This document shows, in pieces, positions 1 through 12,600 of a stretch of DNA of 64,000 nucleotides. The notes under the pieces are model-generated. The model did not search any database. It had not been told where the DNA came from and saw nothing but the letters and a program-made list of their open reading frames with translations. The position numbers and the translations under genes are program-made. The stretch comes from Novakomyces olei (Eukaryota), in assembly GCA_016906335.1 (NCBI GenBank), contig JADEYG010000004.1, forward strand, positions 1,054,001 to 1,118,000. The letters run 5' to 3'. The stretch's first letter is position 1. Every line of letters starts with the position of its first letter.

Positions 1-1
1 C

Positions 2-208
2 GAAACACAGCCATTAAATACGGCGGCTGATCTGAACAGTTTACCCACGCGAACTTACCTCAACGATCGCGTAACACCGGCCCTGCTCGACGGGATGCGG
101 CTGCTGGCGAAACAGCGACCTTCAGATCCTCTCACTGTCCTCGGCAATTTTCTAATCCAGGCTGGCCGGGATCAAGCGCACACTGATTCTAACTCACAAA
201 ACGAATAA
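2..208 (+). CDS. sdc1: Dpy-30/Sdc1 COMPASS subunit, 3' part (5' end outside window)
   Basis: Manual translation from position 2 gives ...DLNSLPTRTYLNDRVTPALLDGMRLLAKQRPSDPLTVLGNFL...*, a Dpy-30 motif; TAA at 206-208. Absent from the ORF track. Confidence 0.88.
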   Translation, partial: ETQPLNTAADLNSLPTRTYLNDRVTPALLDGMRLLAKQRPSDPLTVLGNFLIQAGRDQAHTDSNSQNE

Positions 209-561
209 TGCGCGGTTGGGTAATTTTGTAACGCCAAGTCTGGAACTATTTGCGATTCCAAAGTGCACGACAGAGCTCTATATCTTTTTGGGTCTATGTG
301 GAGGCGAGGTGTGGAGCAATACTGACGATTACAGCTGTTTATCAACACTGTACCCTGACTGAGCTTATATGAATATGATTGAGAAAGAATGAAAACAATA
401 ATAATAGAAATAAGAATAAAACAAATATATAAAATAATCAATAAATATCAAAACAGCTAGAATCATGGAAGAAATGCCTCAAGCATGATTGATCAATGCT
501 GAATTATTTACTGTGAGAATGATTGCCTGTGGAATTACTATATAAACATGACAAATTAATA

Positions 562-2936
562 TCAAACGTGCACATTTAAAAACGACTCGGGAGTCTCTGG
601 CTGCCTCCGCCGATGACCGAGCACGTCTTTCAATTCTGACACCACAGATCCTCGTGACCTCAAGTCAGCAGCTCTTTCGGCAGCCCGTTGCTGAGCTTGC
701 TCTCGCTCCTTTCTCATAACCGCAATGCGCTCTTGTCTTAGAGTATTAAAGGACGAGGCAGAGGAAAGCAAAGATCGAGAGTTTGCCGTCTGATCAGCAA
801 TGGACTCTTCCAATCCTTGAACCTGGCCAAAGGTCTCCCAAACATGTTCTTTTTGTTTTAATCTGTCAGGAACACGCATGGGCGTTAAAGGGTTCCCCCA
901 GTCACCGACCCCACCAGAATGAATTGGCGAAAAATCAATCTCATCTCCATCATCGGTACTCGTGCTTTTACTCAAGGTTGGTAGCGTCGATGGGCCATAA
1001 CTTGAAGACTGCAGCAAGCTGGAAGAAGGAAGAAGGGGGGAAGTGAAGGACGAGGAGAGCGGCGTACTGGGATCTTGAGCGAACAGGCTTCGTCCTTGTT
1101 CCCAGTCTTCAAGTAGCAGATTTATATCTGCACCCAGAGCGTCATACTGTCCAGCCAAGCTGGCTAAATCGTCGCCAGATACTTGCCGTTAGAAAATATT
1201 ATAATAAATAAAAAGAAATAAACAAAACATAAATTAAAATTTTAAAGAGGAACAATAAATGAAATATTAAATCATATTAATAATGAATGACGAAATCTTT
1301 ATTTCTTTAAAGACTTACGTTTCAAAGCTTGTGCCCTCAGCATGACAAGCTTAGCCTGTGTCCGTCTTAACGTATTCGCCATAGTAGAAAGGCCAAAAGC
1401 GTGGGAACGAAATGGCGATCGTATCGGCCCGACAACACGAGGAGGTAAAGCGTCTGCAAGGCTAATATGCCGCTCAACACACCGTTCAACCTCTGCAGCA
1501 AGTTGGCTCATTAGCTCGTGAGTCGATTGTAGATTTAAATTGACCACTCGTAAATTGTGTAAATCTCCACGACGAATTTGCATGGCCAAAAGAGCACAGA
1601 ATGCGTGCCTTCTTTGTAAGTGCATACGATGAAAAGCCAGTTTAAGGCCAGCAAGGCTCCTTGTGTCATGCAGTTCTTCATCTTCATCCAAAGATTCAAG
1701 GACTTCTTCATCGCTATCCAGAACATAAACGTCCTGGATCTTTGCTAAATCCTGAGGCAGGGCAAACTCACGAAAAACGCTAGCACAACGAGCAAAAGTA
1801 GTGTGTGCAAGAGCAATCGAAGAGGCCAAACATTTTTTAATATACTCGGTCTCCCTTGTTTCCGTACGACTTGAACGTGTTGATGATGGAAGAAGAGTAT
1901 GACTTGAACTCCCGTAGCCGCGTGCAAGCAATTCTACTTCCTGAATGATTCCCATACATCGATTACAAGCAATATCAAAGTTCTGAGACTCGTCAATTGC
2001 TGATTGGACACAACGTAGTGCTCTTAATCTCGCTCGGCGCATTAACTTTCGTCTTGCAACTGCGTACAAGTAGAGGGAGACAATGAGAAATAAAATTAAA
2101 CTCAGTGTCACCTTAAGCCTTTCATTTTGACCGGCCCGCAAGAGATTGTTCCTCAATACCCATGAAATAACGACGGCGATTATAAGCACACAGCCACCGG
2201 GGCCAGCCCAGTAGCGTGCTGTCTTGGAAGACATGCACATTTGTGCTAGTGAAGCCTCTTCCGCAGCTGTTAAGTCATCTTCTGAAGGTTCAGCTGCAGC
2301 TACGTTATCAATGCTGTGCGATTTGTGCTCCGTATACTGTGAGAATTGAACATTCTCGCTAAGCATGTGAGAAGTGCAAATGACGTAGCGGAAACGGTCG
2401 ACAAACCGGTCGTTTTCCTCCCGACCCAGTCTGTGACTAGCAGCGTTCTGAAAAGTTAGTACGAGGAAGATAAAGAGATATTTTGATCAAGCTGAGCAAG
2501 AGTTTATATTGGATCATGTTAGGAGATCAAAAGATAGCAAAACACAATAGAGACCAGCAAATGAGATATGAAATTGACGAGGTTAATTGAGACAAGCCAA
2601 ATTGGATTTAACAACATGAAATGAGAGACGCGAAAACGGTACCGTAAAAAGCGAATAAAATCGAGTACGCCTTTGCGAGTGTGCATCGGCCATATGGATT
2701 TTTCGCTTTTGAGAGCCACTAAAGACGCGTCGTTTAATGCGTGAGCCACCATCTTGAGATGCGCTGCTCTCGCTTGTGCTCGAAGCAGTCTCTGTGTCCG
2801 AAATTTCAGAGGCAGCACGATCTGAATATTAGCGTTTGGAAATCCTTATCTGATAATTTTTTAAGGTTTTAATTATATCATTACCAGATGCAAGAAACTT
2901 GTGTAAAGGCGATTTTTGCAATACAACTGGCTCCAT
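562..2936 (-). CDS. Vezatin (VezA-like) membrane protein, 4 exons
   Basis: Exons 2936-2885, 2821-2643, 2447-1319 and 1181-562 splice in frame via GT..AG with branch points. Motifs: MEPVVLQKSPL, LGREENDRFVDRFRYVICTSHML, two TM helices, IQEVELLARGY, YDALGADINLLLEDWEQG. Confidence 0.85.
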
Positions 2937-3571
2937 AATTGACCGACTCAGTTCAAGTCATAATGAGTTGCATACACTCGGCCAAATGCAGAGCAATAAA
3001 CAGTCTTAAAGCCTGAAAACAGAAAAGCACTTTCGACGTTTTGTTTTTGTTTACGCATATACAGCAGAGGATTTACGTATTTAAGATGGAAGTAACGTTA
3101 TGGGTCAATAGGACGCCACGTGAAGCAAGCGAGCAAGTAATATTGCAGAGTTCAAAAAGCAAGTAATATGCGAGGTATAGACGAATACGGTATTATATAA
3201 GTAATATGGATATACAAGTGGCAAGGCACTTTGTATATAATTTCTAGGCTTAGGGTTAACTTTTCAGAAATCATAATAATTATAATCATTTACATATACA
3301 AGTTGCGCGTTTTGTTGGCACAGAATGATTGGCGAGTGCGACAATCGTGAGAGATCCCATGTTTGCTCAAGCCAGCAGATTTGAGCATTCATTCAAACAG
3401 CTTTTTATGTAGCGCAGATTTGAAATGCAAAACTATACTTGCAAGAAAATCGAAAGAATGCCAACAACCAATCAAGCAAAAACCGCAAATATAAATTAAA
3501 AACCAAAATAACATTTTGATTGTTCGTGTTCGCATGAAAGAGCTGTTATATCGTTTACCGCTTTTTTGAGT

Positions 3572-5985
3572 ATGTATTTGGGTCAGCGGTGCTCCTTTGA
3601 CGGGAAAAGGTATACAGTGCGCTACATTGGCGCCTTAAACGGACGAGAGGGCGTTTGGGTTGGGATCGAGTACGATGATGTTGTAGCTGGTCGCCATGAT
3701 GGTCTTTATAATGGTCATCGCTATTTCAGCTGTCGGTAAGCAATTGCTTAATCTCAAAACTATCCTTTATTTTAAAAATTTCTTTAACCATCCATCTATT
3801 TCATTTTCATTAGTGAATTGGAACTTTTTCAAAATTAATCTGATCAATACGTGCTTACTAGCAGCGCAGGAACAGGCGCCTTCATCCGACCTTCACGGCC
3901 TCTTGACCCTGTTCGTACAGTATGTGACGCTTTATGTGAAAAATACGGCAGCCATGAAATTGTTTATACTGGAATCTCCCTTTCACGAGTTAAAACACTT
4001 GAAATGGTGGGGTTCGATAAAGTGGAGCGCAGGCAAAGGTGAGCATTGATATATTATATATATTAATATTTTTTGGTTGTTTATTTTCTATCGCTGCTAT
4101 ATTTAGTTGTTATTTATGCTGATCCTAAGCCAATTTGATCGTCTCGATCTTATAGATCTTCGCGGAATGTGTATAAAAGGCGGTGAGCCTTTACGTGAAA
4201 CTTGTCCATGTATGAGATTTCGTGTGGCTGATTGCTAATTGCCAGCGGTACAGACGCTTGATCTCTCAAACAATTTGTTTGAAAAGTTCTCTGATATTTG
4301 TCTGCTTCTCGAGGAACTTAAACAGCTGAAAACCCTTGAATTGGAGTAAGTGAGAATTGTATTTTATTCGATTACCATTTTCATTTCAAATTATTATGCT
4401 CATATTAATTCAAACTTAAATACTTACATCTAAGTGGCAACCGATTCGTCATTGACCAAGGAAAATCGGTCGCATCGGTCGAAGATCTTGGTTTAAATAA
4501 TACACTTCTTTCATGGAATCAGGTATTTTTATTTATTTATTTATTTATTTATTTATTTTTTGGTTTATTTCAAATTGATTATTAACTCTTAGACGGAGTA
4601 TTTGGTCTCTGCGTTCCCAAAAATTCAGGAATTGCGGTTCGCAAACAACGGATGCGCAGAGATTATATCGCCGACGACTGTCCGGCTTTTGACGCTGAAT
4701 CTAAGCAATAATGGTATAAAGAGATTATGCGATATAAAAGGCCTTTGGCGTAATGAATGGTATGTGCTTTGGATGATCACAAGGAAGAAGATAATAGAAA
4801 AACGATAAAATCTAAATAGGGGGACAAAACCAAAATAAAATAATACAGGAAGAATAGAATCAAAATTATAACGATTAGCGTTATAGTCATAAACAGATAA
4901 TAATAATAATAATAATAATATAACAGCCATAATTTAAAAGGTATACTAACATGCAACATGCACTAAGCCTAAGGCGACTGAGTCTCGCCGAAAATGAACT
5001 TGAAAATCTCGATTTTGAGCCAGGTTCGTTTACACGCTTGGAGTCTCTGGATATAAGCCGCAATCTAGTCGCTACATGGGATGAAATTGATAAATTACAA
5101 GGCTTAAAGACTTTAAAAACACTTCGTGTCAGTTTTAATCCTGTGTTTGAAGACCTTTCGCTAGAAGATGCGCGCATTGGTATTGTCTCTAGATTATCGC
5201 ACATAACGACGCTGGACGGTGCTGATGTATGACTTTTGACAAAATTGTTGATTCTAACTAATATCGAGATATCTCCTAATGAACGTCGAAATGCAGAGCT
5301 ATTTTTTACGAGCAGTTTAAGCGCAAAAATTGCATCTCGGCCAAATTTGGGCTTGGACGGTTTGGGCAAGAGCGACCGTCGCAATTATGAACGACTTTGT
5401 GAATGTAAGTGGTTCGATCTGGGATTGTGGAAGATCACGAAGGGGAAAATAAATAAATTAATACCGGACTAAAATCGCTAGCAAAATGCAAAACCTATAA
5501 ACCATGAAAACAATCTATGCATCGTAGAACAAAGCCAATGGCAAAACACAAATTGAACAAAAGCATATGAAATTAGATAAATATCGTCTTCAATTCTAAC
5601 GTTTAGTATACAACCTCCAGCCTATTGAAGTGCATTCTCGGCCTGCTAAATCGATTTTCGCATCTACATTCCGCAATTCTGCAATTGGTAGGTCAGACTT
5701 TATTAAATATTGCTTACACTAGAAATTCGACTCGTTCACGCTAATTCTGAGCATATTTTAAAACTCCATCCGGAGCATACTACTATGTCAAAATTAGCTC
5801 TTTTGGCTGCTCGAAAATTCGGGATATCAGATCCCAGGTCGGTTTCTTTATTGCCTGTAGGTGGAATTGCATCTGAGCCAACTCCAGCATTGGGCGATAT
5901 GTTTTTGCCTATTGATAGATTCTTGCCGACGGATTATGAGGGAATGATTGTTATAAAGGTTGATAGACACGATAATGAAATATAG
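3572..5985 (+). CDS. alp21: Tubulin-folding cofactor E (CAP-Gly + LRR + ubiquitin-like), about 9 exons
   Basis: Exon 1 MYLGQRCSFDGKRYTVRYIG..WVGIEYDD..GRHDGLYNGHRYFSC is CAP-Gly. VEMVGFDKV-like segment, LxxLDLSxN repeats, ERRNAELFF. Introns start at 3736, 4039, 4210, ~4346, ~4523, ~4760, 5227, ~5405, ~5688. Confidence 0.92.
4527..4557. repeat. (TTTA)n microsatellite in cofactor E intron
   Basis: Seen directly; a (TAA)n run lies at about 4898-4923 in the next intron. Confidence 0.9.
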
Positions 5986-6782
5986 TTGATAAATTGGATT
6001 GAATCGAAATTTAATATTTAATTTAATTTAATTTAATTTAATTGAACTTACAATACAAAAATTACCCATAATTTAAGAACATATTCTCTCCAATATTTAA
6101 TACCTAACTTTTGTTCTCAAAGCTACATATACCAGTCAATAAAAGTTCCAACGGCAGCAACACCAGCTACGTGAGCGTTCACAATTGCACAACAACAGTC
6201 TAACCAACGACCCGTAAAGGTTGTTCCAAACCTGGAAGTAAACAAGACAAGATAAATCCAAGATAATCCAGGGTAAATTCATAAATGACGACCATCATAA
6301 CTTCAGTGCCGAAACACATGCGTAAACAGCCATGCGTGTGTAAATGCAGATACAAAGCGCTGTATATGCAAAGAATATTCATAAATGAATAAATTCTCGT
6401 TCATCAATTTCAAAGAATATAAATAATAGAAAGCGCCAGATGTATAGTATAAGAAAAGGCCGTAAGATCGGAATGAGAAGGCAACGGGCTTTAAAGCATC
6501 TGATAATGCATTATTTGTAGAATTAAAGACTGATATGGGTTAAGCAAGAAAGTATGATAATAGATGAAAAAATGGAACAAGCCAAACCAAAACGTCAACC
6601 TACATTTATTCATTACTCAAGCATGAAAAATATTACAAGTGACGACCCTTGACTGACTCGATAATTTTCTCATTTTCTTCTTAGAATTCTTGTTATTCTT
6701 TCTTTTTTTTTATTTGCTGCCTTCGAATGCATTGATATCATTTAGTTACTTCCTCTCGTCAGAATGCCCACAAACTCGTACT

Positions 6783-9026
6783 CTAGTCCAGTGTAGCAAA
6801 TAAAGAAGGCATTTCTGTGCCCATTCCAAGTCCCACGATAGAATCATCGTCAGCTGCGTTCCAGTAATAATCATTAGATCCGTAATTAGCTTCATCACCT
6901 GAATCAGAAATCCTGCCATCGGCTCCAGTTCCTCCCGCTCCTCCTCCCTCACCACTATCAATTTCGGCAAACATGCTTTGCAGTTCGAGCTCAATTTCCC
7001 GACGGTATCGTTTTTTTCTTTGCCTTTTAGCCTTGTGTGACCGATCAGGAAACGGAGATGAAGAAATAAGACGGTGAGGCTGTAAGTGGGGGTCACGGCG
7101 ACCCCCACTCCCACTTCCAAAAGGTGATAATGTATTGGTCCGGTTCAAAGCTTTCACCAAATCCTTTTGCCGACGTCGCTGCTTGTTTTTCCGTGTCAAC
7201 AGGAACCGCTCACCTCGAACAAATTCCTCACGTGGCCTCCGCGATCTCGAATACTGGTTTCGACGAAAATGGCCTACCGGAATTCTTTCCCATCTGGAAG
7301 AATAGTCGTCGGTGGGGGCCATTTCTTGCCCTAATTCTTCATGGACACCCTGCCTTTGCTTTGGTGGGGTGGTGGGGGGCTGCAGTAGCTTTTCCGTATC
7401 AAGTATCTCATCAAGCGAGGGAGTGTCGTTGTTCACTATAGACGAAGAGGAAAAAGCACGAGGCTTCGCTTTCCTTTTCGCCGGAGTCGCACTCTGTGTA
7501 GACTGCCCGTTTATTATACCGGGCGCCCTTACAGTGTTATCACAATCCCACGTGCCTAAAAGCGGGGGTCTTACATCAGAGGTTACCACGGTCGGGGTCG
7601 AAACGGGAGCAGGAGTAGAGGCCGCTGGACTTCCAGTAGCTTCTTCCTCTGAAAGCGCCTTTCTGTTTCTTGTCGGAGTCGCTGAAGCATCAACAGTAAG
7701 AGATTTCTGTAATCTGTGCGTTAATCCAGTAGCTGCAGCTCTAGCATAATTATTTGTGTTATTATTAATATTAATATTATTTTGATTTTTATAATAATAA
7801 TTATCAGCTGTTGCTGGTGTTGCTGGAGTGCTTGAAACTGTATTCGCATTGTTAATTCTCGGAGAGCCATTAGGCATAGCATTCGCACTACTACTGACGG
7901 GAAATATTTCTTCGTCTGTTGTCTCTCCGTCATCATAAAACGTAGAATTGCCTTCTGCATCTTCAGAGTCATCAAAAAAGCAGTCCCACCCAATCATGTC
8001 TTCTGATTCATCATCCTCGTCATCAACTTCTTCATATTCCTCTTCTTCATCCTTCTCGCTATCCGTAAAGCCATCGACTACTATATCAATCCCGCACTGC
8101 TCCGCCGCTGCTCTATCTACCAGACTCGAAAGTCTCCGATCCGCTCGATCACGTGTCTGTGGGATATCTTTATCCCGAGGGAAGGTTAACTGATCCGATT
8201 CGTTATTAATGACTTGCGAACTCCGCCTATGCCCGACCAGATCGGACCGAGATCGGCGTCTAGTATTGATATTGGATGGCCGTCTTAGCCAGGTCCGATT
8301 AGGGTTTTCAGAGACAGGGCCAGATCCATGTTGTGGAGTAGACTCTACCGTCCCCGAAATGTCGCCATAATCATCATCGTCCTCTTCCTCATCAGAATCA
8401 AAAGGGTTTCCAAACAAGTTGTACAAGTAATCTTCGCGTGAAAGAACAATATCAAATTCGGGCTCTGTGCCTAAATTGCCTCGAGGAAGGCTTGAGGGCG
8501 AGATTGATCCATCTAGCAGCCCCTGTTCAATCCAGAACAAATCGTGTTCCATTCGAGACTTTGAGGGCCGTCGTTTAGTCCGCAAATTTCGGTGCTCGTG
8601 TTCCCTTATTATATGCTCCGTCTCCCGATCTTCCATCCCGTCATCGTCCATTTCTCCATCGTCCTGGTCATTTCCGTCCAGTCCATCGTACTCGTGATCC
8701 AAAGTAGCAGTTGAGCCAGTTGAAAGACTATCGTCAATCTGCTCTCTTGCATTCATATCTTCGTCTTCGTCTTCGTCTTCGTCTTCATCTTCATCCTCTC
8801 CTCCGCCAGGTACTGTTGAAGCTACGGGCGAAACGGAAGAGGATAATATCGGTGATGAAGAGATAGAAGACAGATCACTGCCTCCACTTCCACCAAAACT
8901 GCTCATGTCCAAGTCGTGAATTGGAATAGAAGAGTTGGCCAGGTGTGAATTGTGTGTGTGATTAATCTTTGCCGGGGGCCGTGATATTGATCTAGATCTT
9001 GCGTACTTGTTATCCAGCAGAGACAT
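6783..9026 (-). CDS. Ifh1/Crf1-like ribosomal-protein gene co-regulator (acidic, low complexity)
   Basis: 747-aa ORF containing DDGETTDEE (FHA-binding-type motif), RPPLLGTW...IINGQSTQS and RIPVGHFRR, matching my recollection of Ifh1/Crf1 conserved blocks. Confidence 0.7.
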   Translation of the reverse strand: MSLLDNKYARSRSISRPPAKINHTHNSHLANSSIPIHDLDMSSFGGSGGSDLSSISSSPILSSSVSPVASTVPGGGEDEDEDEDEDEDEDMNAREQIDDSLSTGSTATLDHEYDGLDGNDQDDGEMDDDGMEDRETEHIIREHEHRNLRTKRRPSKSRMEHDLFWIEQGLLDGSISPSSLPRGNLGTEPEFDIVLSREDYLYNLFGNPFDSDEEEDDDDYGDISGTVESTPQHGSGPVSENPNRTWLRRPSNINTRRRSRSDLVGHRRSSQVINNESDQLTFPRDKDIPQTRDRADRRLSSLVDRAAAEQCGIDIVVDGFTDSEKDEEEEYEEVDDEDDESEDMIGWDCFFDDSEDAEGNSTFYDDGETTDEEIFPVSSSANAMPNGSPRINNANTVSSTPATPATADNYYYKNQNNININNNTNNYARAAATGLTHRLQKSLTVDASATPTRNRKALSEEEATGSPAASTPAPVSTPTVVTSDVRPPLLGTWDCDNTVRAPGIINGQSTQSATPAKRKAKPRAFSSSSIVNNDTPSLDEILDTEKLLQPPTTPPKQRQGVHEELGQEMAPTDDYSSRWERIPVGHFRRNQYSRSRRPREEFVRGERFLLTRKNKQRRRQKDLVKALNRTNTLSPFGSGSGGRRDPHLQPHRLISSSPFPDRSHKAKRQRKKRYRREIELELQSMFAEIDSGEGGGAGGTGADGRISDSGDEANYGSNDYYWNAADDDSIVGLGMGTEMPSLFATLD

Positions 9027-10054
9027 GTTATAAAGGCAATAGCATATGCAACTGCGCGCTAGAATTCGTTCAAGGTACAGAGGCTGACAACTGATCTAAA
9101 AGTGTAGCAATTTGTGTCTTTTACCTCGATCCGCTGCTTGGTTAGTGGCAAACTATGGCAGTTTTTTTCTCTTTTTGGCTGTAAAATATCTGTCAAATAT
9201 GTAATTGTTCCTATGTATCTTTTATTTTTTATAACCCCTAGAAATATGCTTCTTTTTAAGATATTTATTCTTTGTGCTTGTAAAAATATCTACATACTTG
9301 CCCATACGGCAGGCACTATGCAATATGTTGCGTCTTTTATGTATAGTCCCATGTATGCTGTGCAATCGTGTATGCGACCTATATACCTTTGCTCCAAGCA
9401 AACATAGAAATTTGGCCAAATTGTTCATACGAATATTTATCTCTACTGGGCTCTTACTATCTCCACACATTGACTGCCGCTGTGCTGAAGTTATATAATT
9501 GACTCTCTACAACAACATTATTGCGCTGGTTTCGCTAATTCGTGCTTGTATATTTTTATTATAAGTCTGACAATTCCGTTATATATCTGACTATCTGTAT
9601 AAATAATGAATGCTATTATGCGCCATAAATTTGATCAAACCCAAAAATTTTTGTTCTACATTTCGTTACAGATCAATTAATTTTCTAACACAATAAGCTC
9701 TAAAAGAGAGCCTTTTGCCGGTCCTCTGGAAGGCAGAGTTGCTGGCCGTTTTACTACTAATATATGTAACTGTGTTTCAATAGTTTCAGTTGTTATATTC
9801 GGTCGTGAATAAATTATAAACTATTGAGAGGTGCGATAATTATTAGATCGACCAGTAGATTACTTGCTATAAATTATTAGACACTCTAACTTTTTGATTC
9901 ATTATTTGTCTATTATGAATTTATTGTGACATGAGCCAAATATGATTTAATAATTTTGTACTCGAGCGAAATAGAAGTAGTATTTGTTAATAAAAAATCT
10001 TGGCCAGCTGGGCATTCAATTCTCAGCGCCGATAGCTAAGGCTAATTTCTTGCA

Positions 10055-11909
10055 ATGTCGCAAGTGAGCAGCTTTTTGGGCTTGAACAACCCAGAGAAAG
10101 TAAGTCAATCCATCGGTATATACAACATTGTCACAGAAGAGAGGGCGAAAGGAAAAATAGTAATCAAACAGAGGCTATTTTTATTGCACACATATTCTTT
10201 ACAGCCTTATTCTAAATTACCAGCTGTCTCGGTTGAAAAGGCTTTACCTCGAAGGTACGTCAACAGATCGCAAAACTATTCGTGCTATCGGCCGACTGAT
10301 ACGCCATATCAAGGACTATAAAGAACCTGATAATAGCACCAACAGGGCAGACAATACAGGTGTAGCTGTGTCTAGTTTGCCTACGAAGCGCAGTGAATCG
10401 TCTGCTTCAAAGAGTTTGGCCGTTTCTGATAGTGAGCGTACGTGGGGTTTACCTGCAAAAAGTGTTCAAGACTTTTCCGAACTTTACGAAGGGGAGTGGC
10501 CTCCACCGTTACCAATGATCAAAAATAAACAAATTCGAGAGATTGTGTTCACTCATTCGTCATTTGCACATGATCACTTGAATGGGCAAAAGAATTCAGA
10601 TATGGCGCTTGTTAATAATGAACGGCTCGAGTTTTTGGGCGATAGTTTTTTCAATCATTTAGTGACGCTAATCATTTTTGCTCGTAATCCGACATGGACT
10701 GAGGGCCAAATGTCACGGGCTCGGGCTGAACTTACCTCTAACGAGTCGGCGCAGTTTTATGCGGAAATATATGGGTTGCCGGAAAGGCTGCGAGTCGGCC
10801 ACGAAAACGTTCGTCGACAATGCATTAGCTCACGGCCTCTTGCATCTAGTGCTGGAAATTCGGAGGATCATCTCATTGAATTCAAGCAAAGAGTAAAGAT
10901 GCATGCTGACCTTTTTGAGGCCTATATTGCTGGCCTTGTCATGGGTAGTCCACCTAGTGGCTATGAAGTGGCTCAAAGGTTTGTTTTTGAGCTAATTAGT
11001 CCTAAGCTAAAGGATTACGAGGATGCAGAGACAAAAAAATTTGGATTGGATAAATTGGCAAAGACAAAGGTGTACAATTTGTTGTTCGACGTTTACGGGC
11101 CAAAAGCGCAGTCTTGCATTGAATATCGTGTTGTGGATGATAATATAATGACACCCTCTGAAAGATACACAGTGGCCTTGTATATTGGCGAGTGCAAGAT
11201 CAGCATTGGCAGAGCTTCCAAAAAAAAGGCTGCCGGGACAGTAGCGGCTATGAATGCTTTGCCTATCCTTGAGCATGATGCAGTTCTTAAGAAAGGAGGA
11301 GTTTGTAAAGATATTGAGCGGAAATCGGGTCGAAGTGGATCGAATGCTATTCATCATTCGACTTCTATTTCAAATAGTTTGACCACTAATGACTCGGTCG
11401 TTCAGGGAAGAGGATCTAACGCTTTGGATGCAGTTGAGAATGTGGTTCATTTTGGAAAACCTGAAGACGCCAGACAGTCAGTTATGTTACAAGCCCCCGA
11501 ATTGATGGACGATTTTGTGGAGGAAACGCCAAAAACAAATGTTGAACCGGACAGTAGTCGATATGGAGGATATCGACTCCGAAGTAGACCGATTTTTGTG
11601 AGGACTTCAAAAATAGAACTGTCGGACGAGCCCGAAACTAAAGAACACGAGATTCCTTTGCAAGGCCAGCTTTTTAAAGTCAATTGCTCTGGGACTGGTC
11701 AGGGAAAAAGGGGGCAAACGCCTCAGACGGTCATAGAGGCCGATGCGAAAACAAAAACCAAAGAAAAAAATAACAAAGAAAAAGTAGGAGCAAAAGCGAT
11801 GGCGTCTCGTCAATCTTTAACAGGCAATAGAAAGAGAAAGGCGAATTTTCCGCTTATTGAATTTGATACAGTGGGTGAAGAACTTGGGTCGAAAAGAAAA
11901 AAAATTTAG
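10055..11909 (+). CDS. pac1: Ribonuclease III (Pac1/Rnt1 type) with dsRBD, 2 exons
   Basis: Exon 10055-10099, intron GTAAGT 10100-10223 CAG, exon 10224-11909. Signature NERLEFLGDS and ADLFEAYIAG; dsRBD ending GRASKKKAAGTVAAMNAL; basic C-terminus KRKKI. Confidence 0.93.
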
Positions 11910-12467
11910 CCAAGTTTCGGACGGCTTGTTTTTGGGGACTTCGCTTGTGCCCAATTTCAAGCAATACGAGTCGTGGCTTGATGAAACTTTCGGTCACGCA
12001 AGACCATACCTTCTTCGTTATAATGTTTCTTACAAGGTTGAAACGATCTGAATTTAAAAGCAGGTGCGCCAACTTAGACAACTATTTGAAAGCGTCGGCA
12101 AAAAGTGAGGACTGGGCAAAAGGCGCTCGCTTTTGGTAATAATTCGGTATTGTTCTGGTTTTTTTTAAAATAATTCTCATATAAAAACTTGACTTGGATT
12201 CTTCTATACATATTTTTATTACATTTTCTGTACATATTTGATGGATGAAATTTGATGTTACATTTCATTTGGTTGTTTGTAATTACGGTCAAAAGGTGCA
12301 TTCGAGTCGATATCACGGGCAATATTTATTATTTCCTAGATAACAAACTTGTTTTGAGTTCTAGTCTTTCTTTGCTAATAATTAATCTGACTTCTATTTA
12401 CCCATGTGATGAATTCAAGGATCACACAACGAACTAACTGAATAACGAACTAACGAACTAACAGTTT

Positions 12468-12519
12468 AATGAATGAATGAATGAATGAATGAATGAATGA
12501 ATGAATGAATGAATGAATG
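12468..12519. repeat. (AATG)n microsatellite
   Basis: About 13 copies between the convergent RNase III and HMG genes. Confidence 0.95.
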
Positions 12520-12600
12520 CTTGAATTCTTGAATAAGTTGATTGTTTAATTATTTTTATAATTTATTATATCTAGTCCATATTTCATTGTCAATTGCTCT

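Noticed and set aside
2519..2818. 99-aa minus-strand ORF and ACGCG MCB-like motifs
   Set aside because: Mostly explained by vezatin exon 2 (in another frame) and the adjacent intron.
9096..9145. 9-nt micro-exon and 29-nt intron upstream of the Ifh1-like gene
   Set aside because: The intron would be shorter than any supported one here and has a weak branch point; it cannot be supported without RNA data.
12406..12441. GTGATGA...CTGA as a C/D snoRNA
   Set aside because: Only about 36 nt long, with no guide complementarity recognised.
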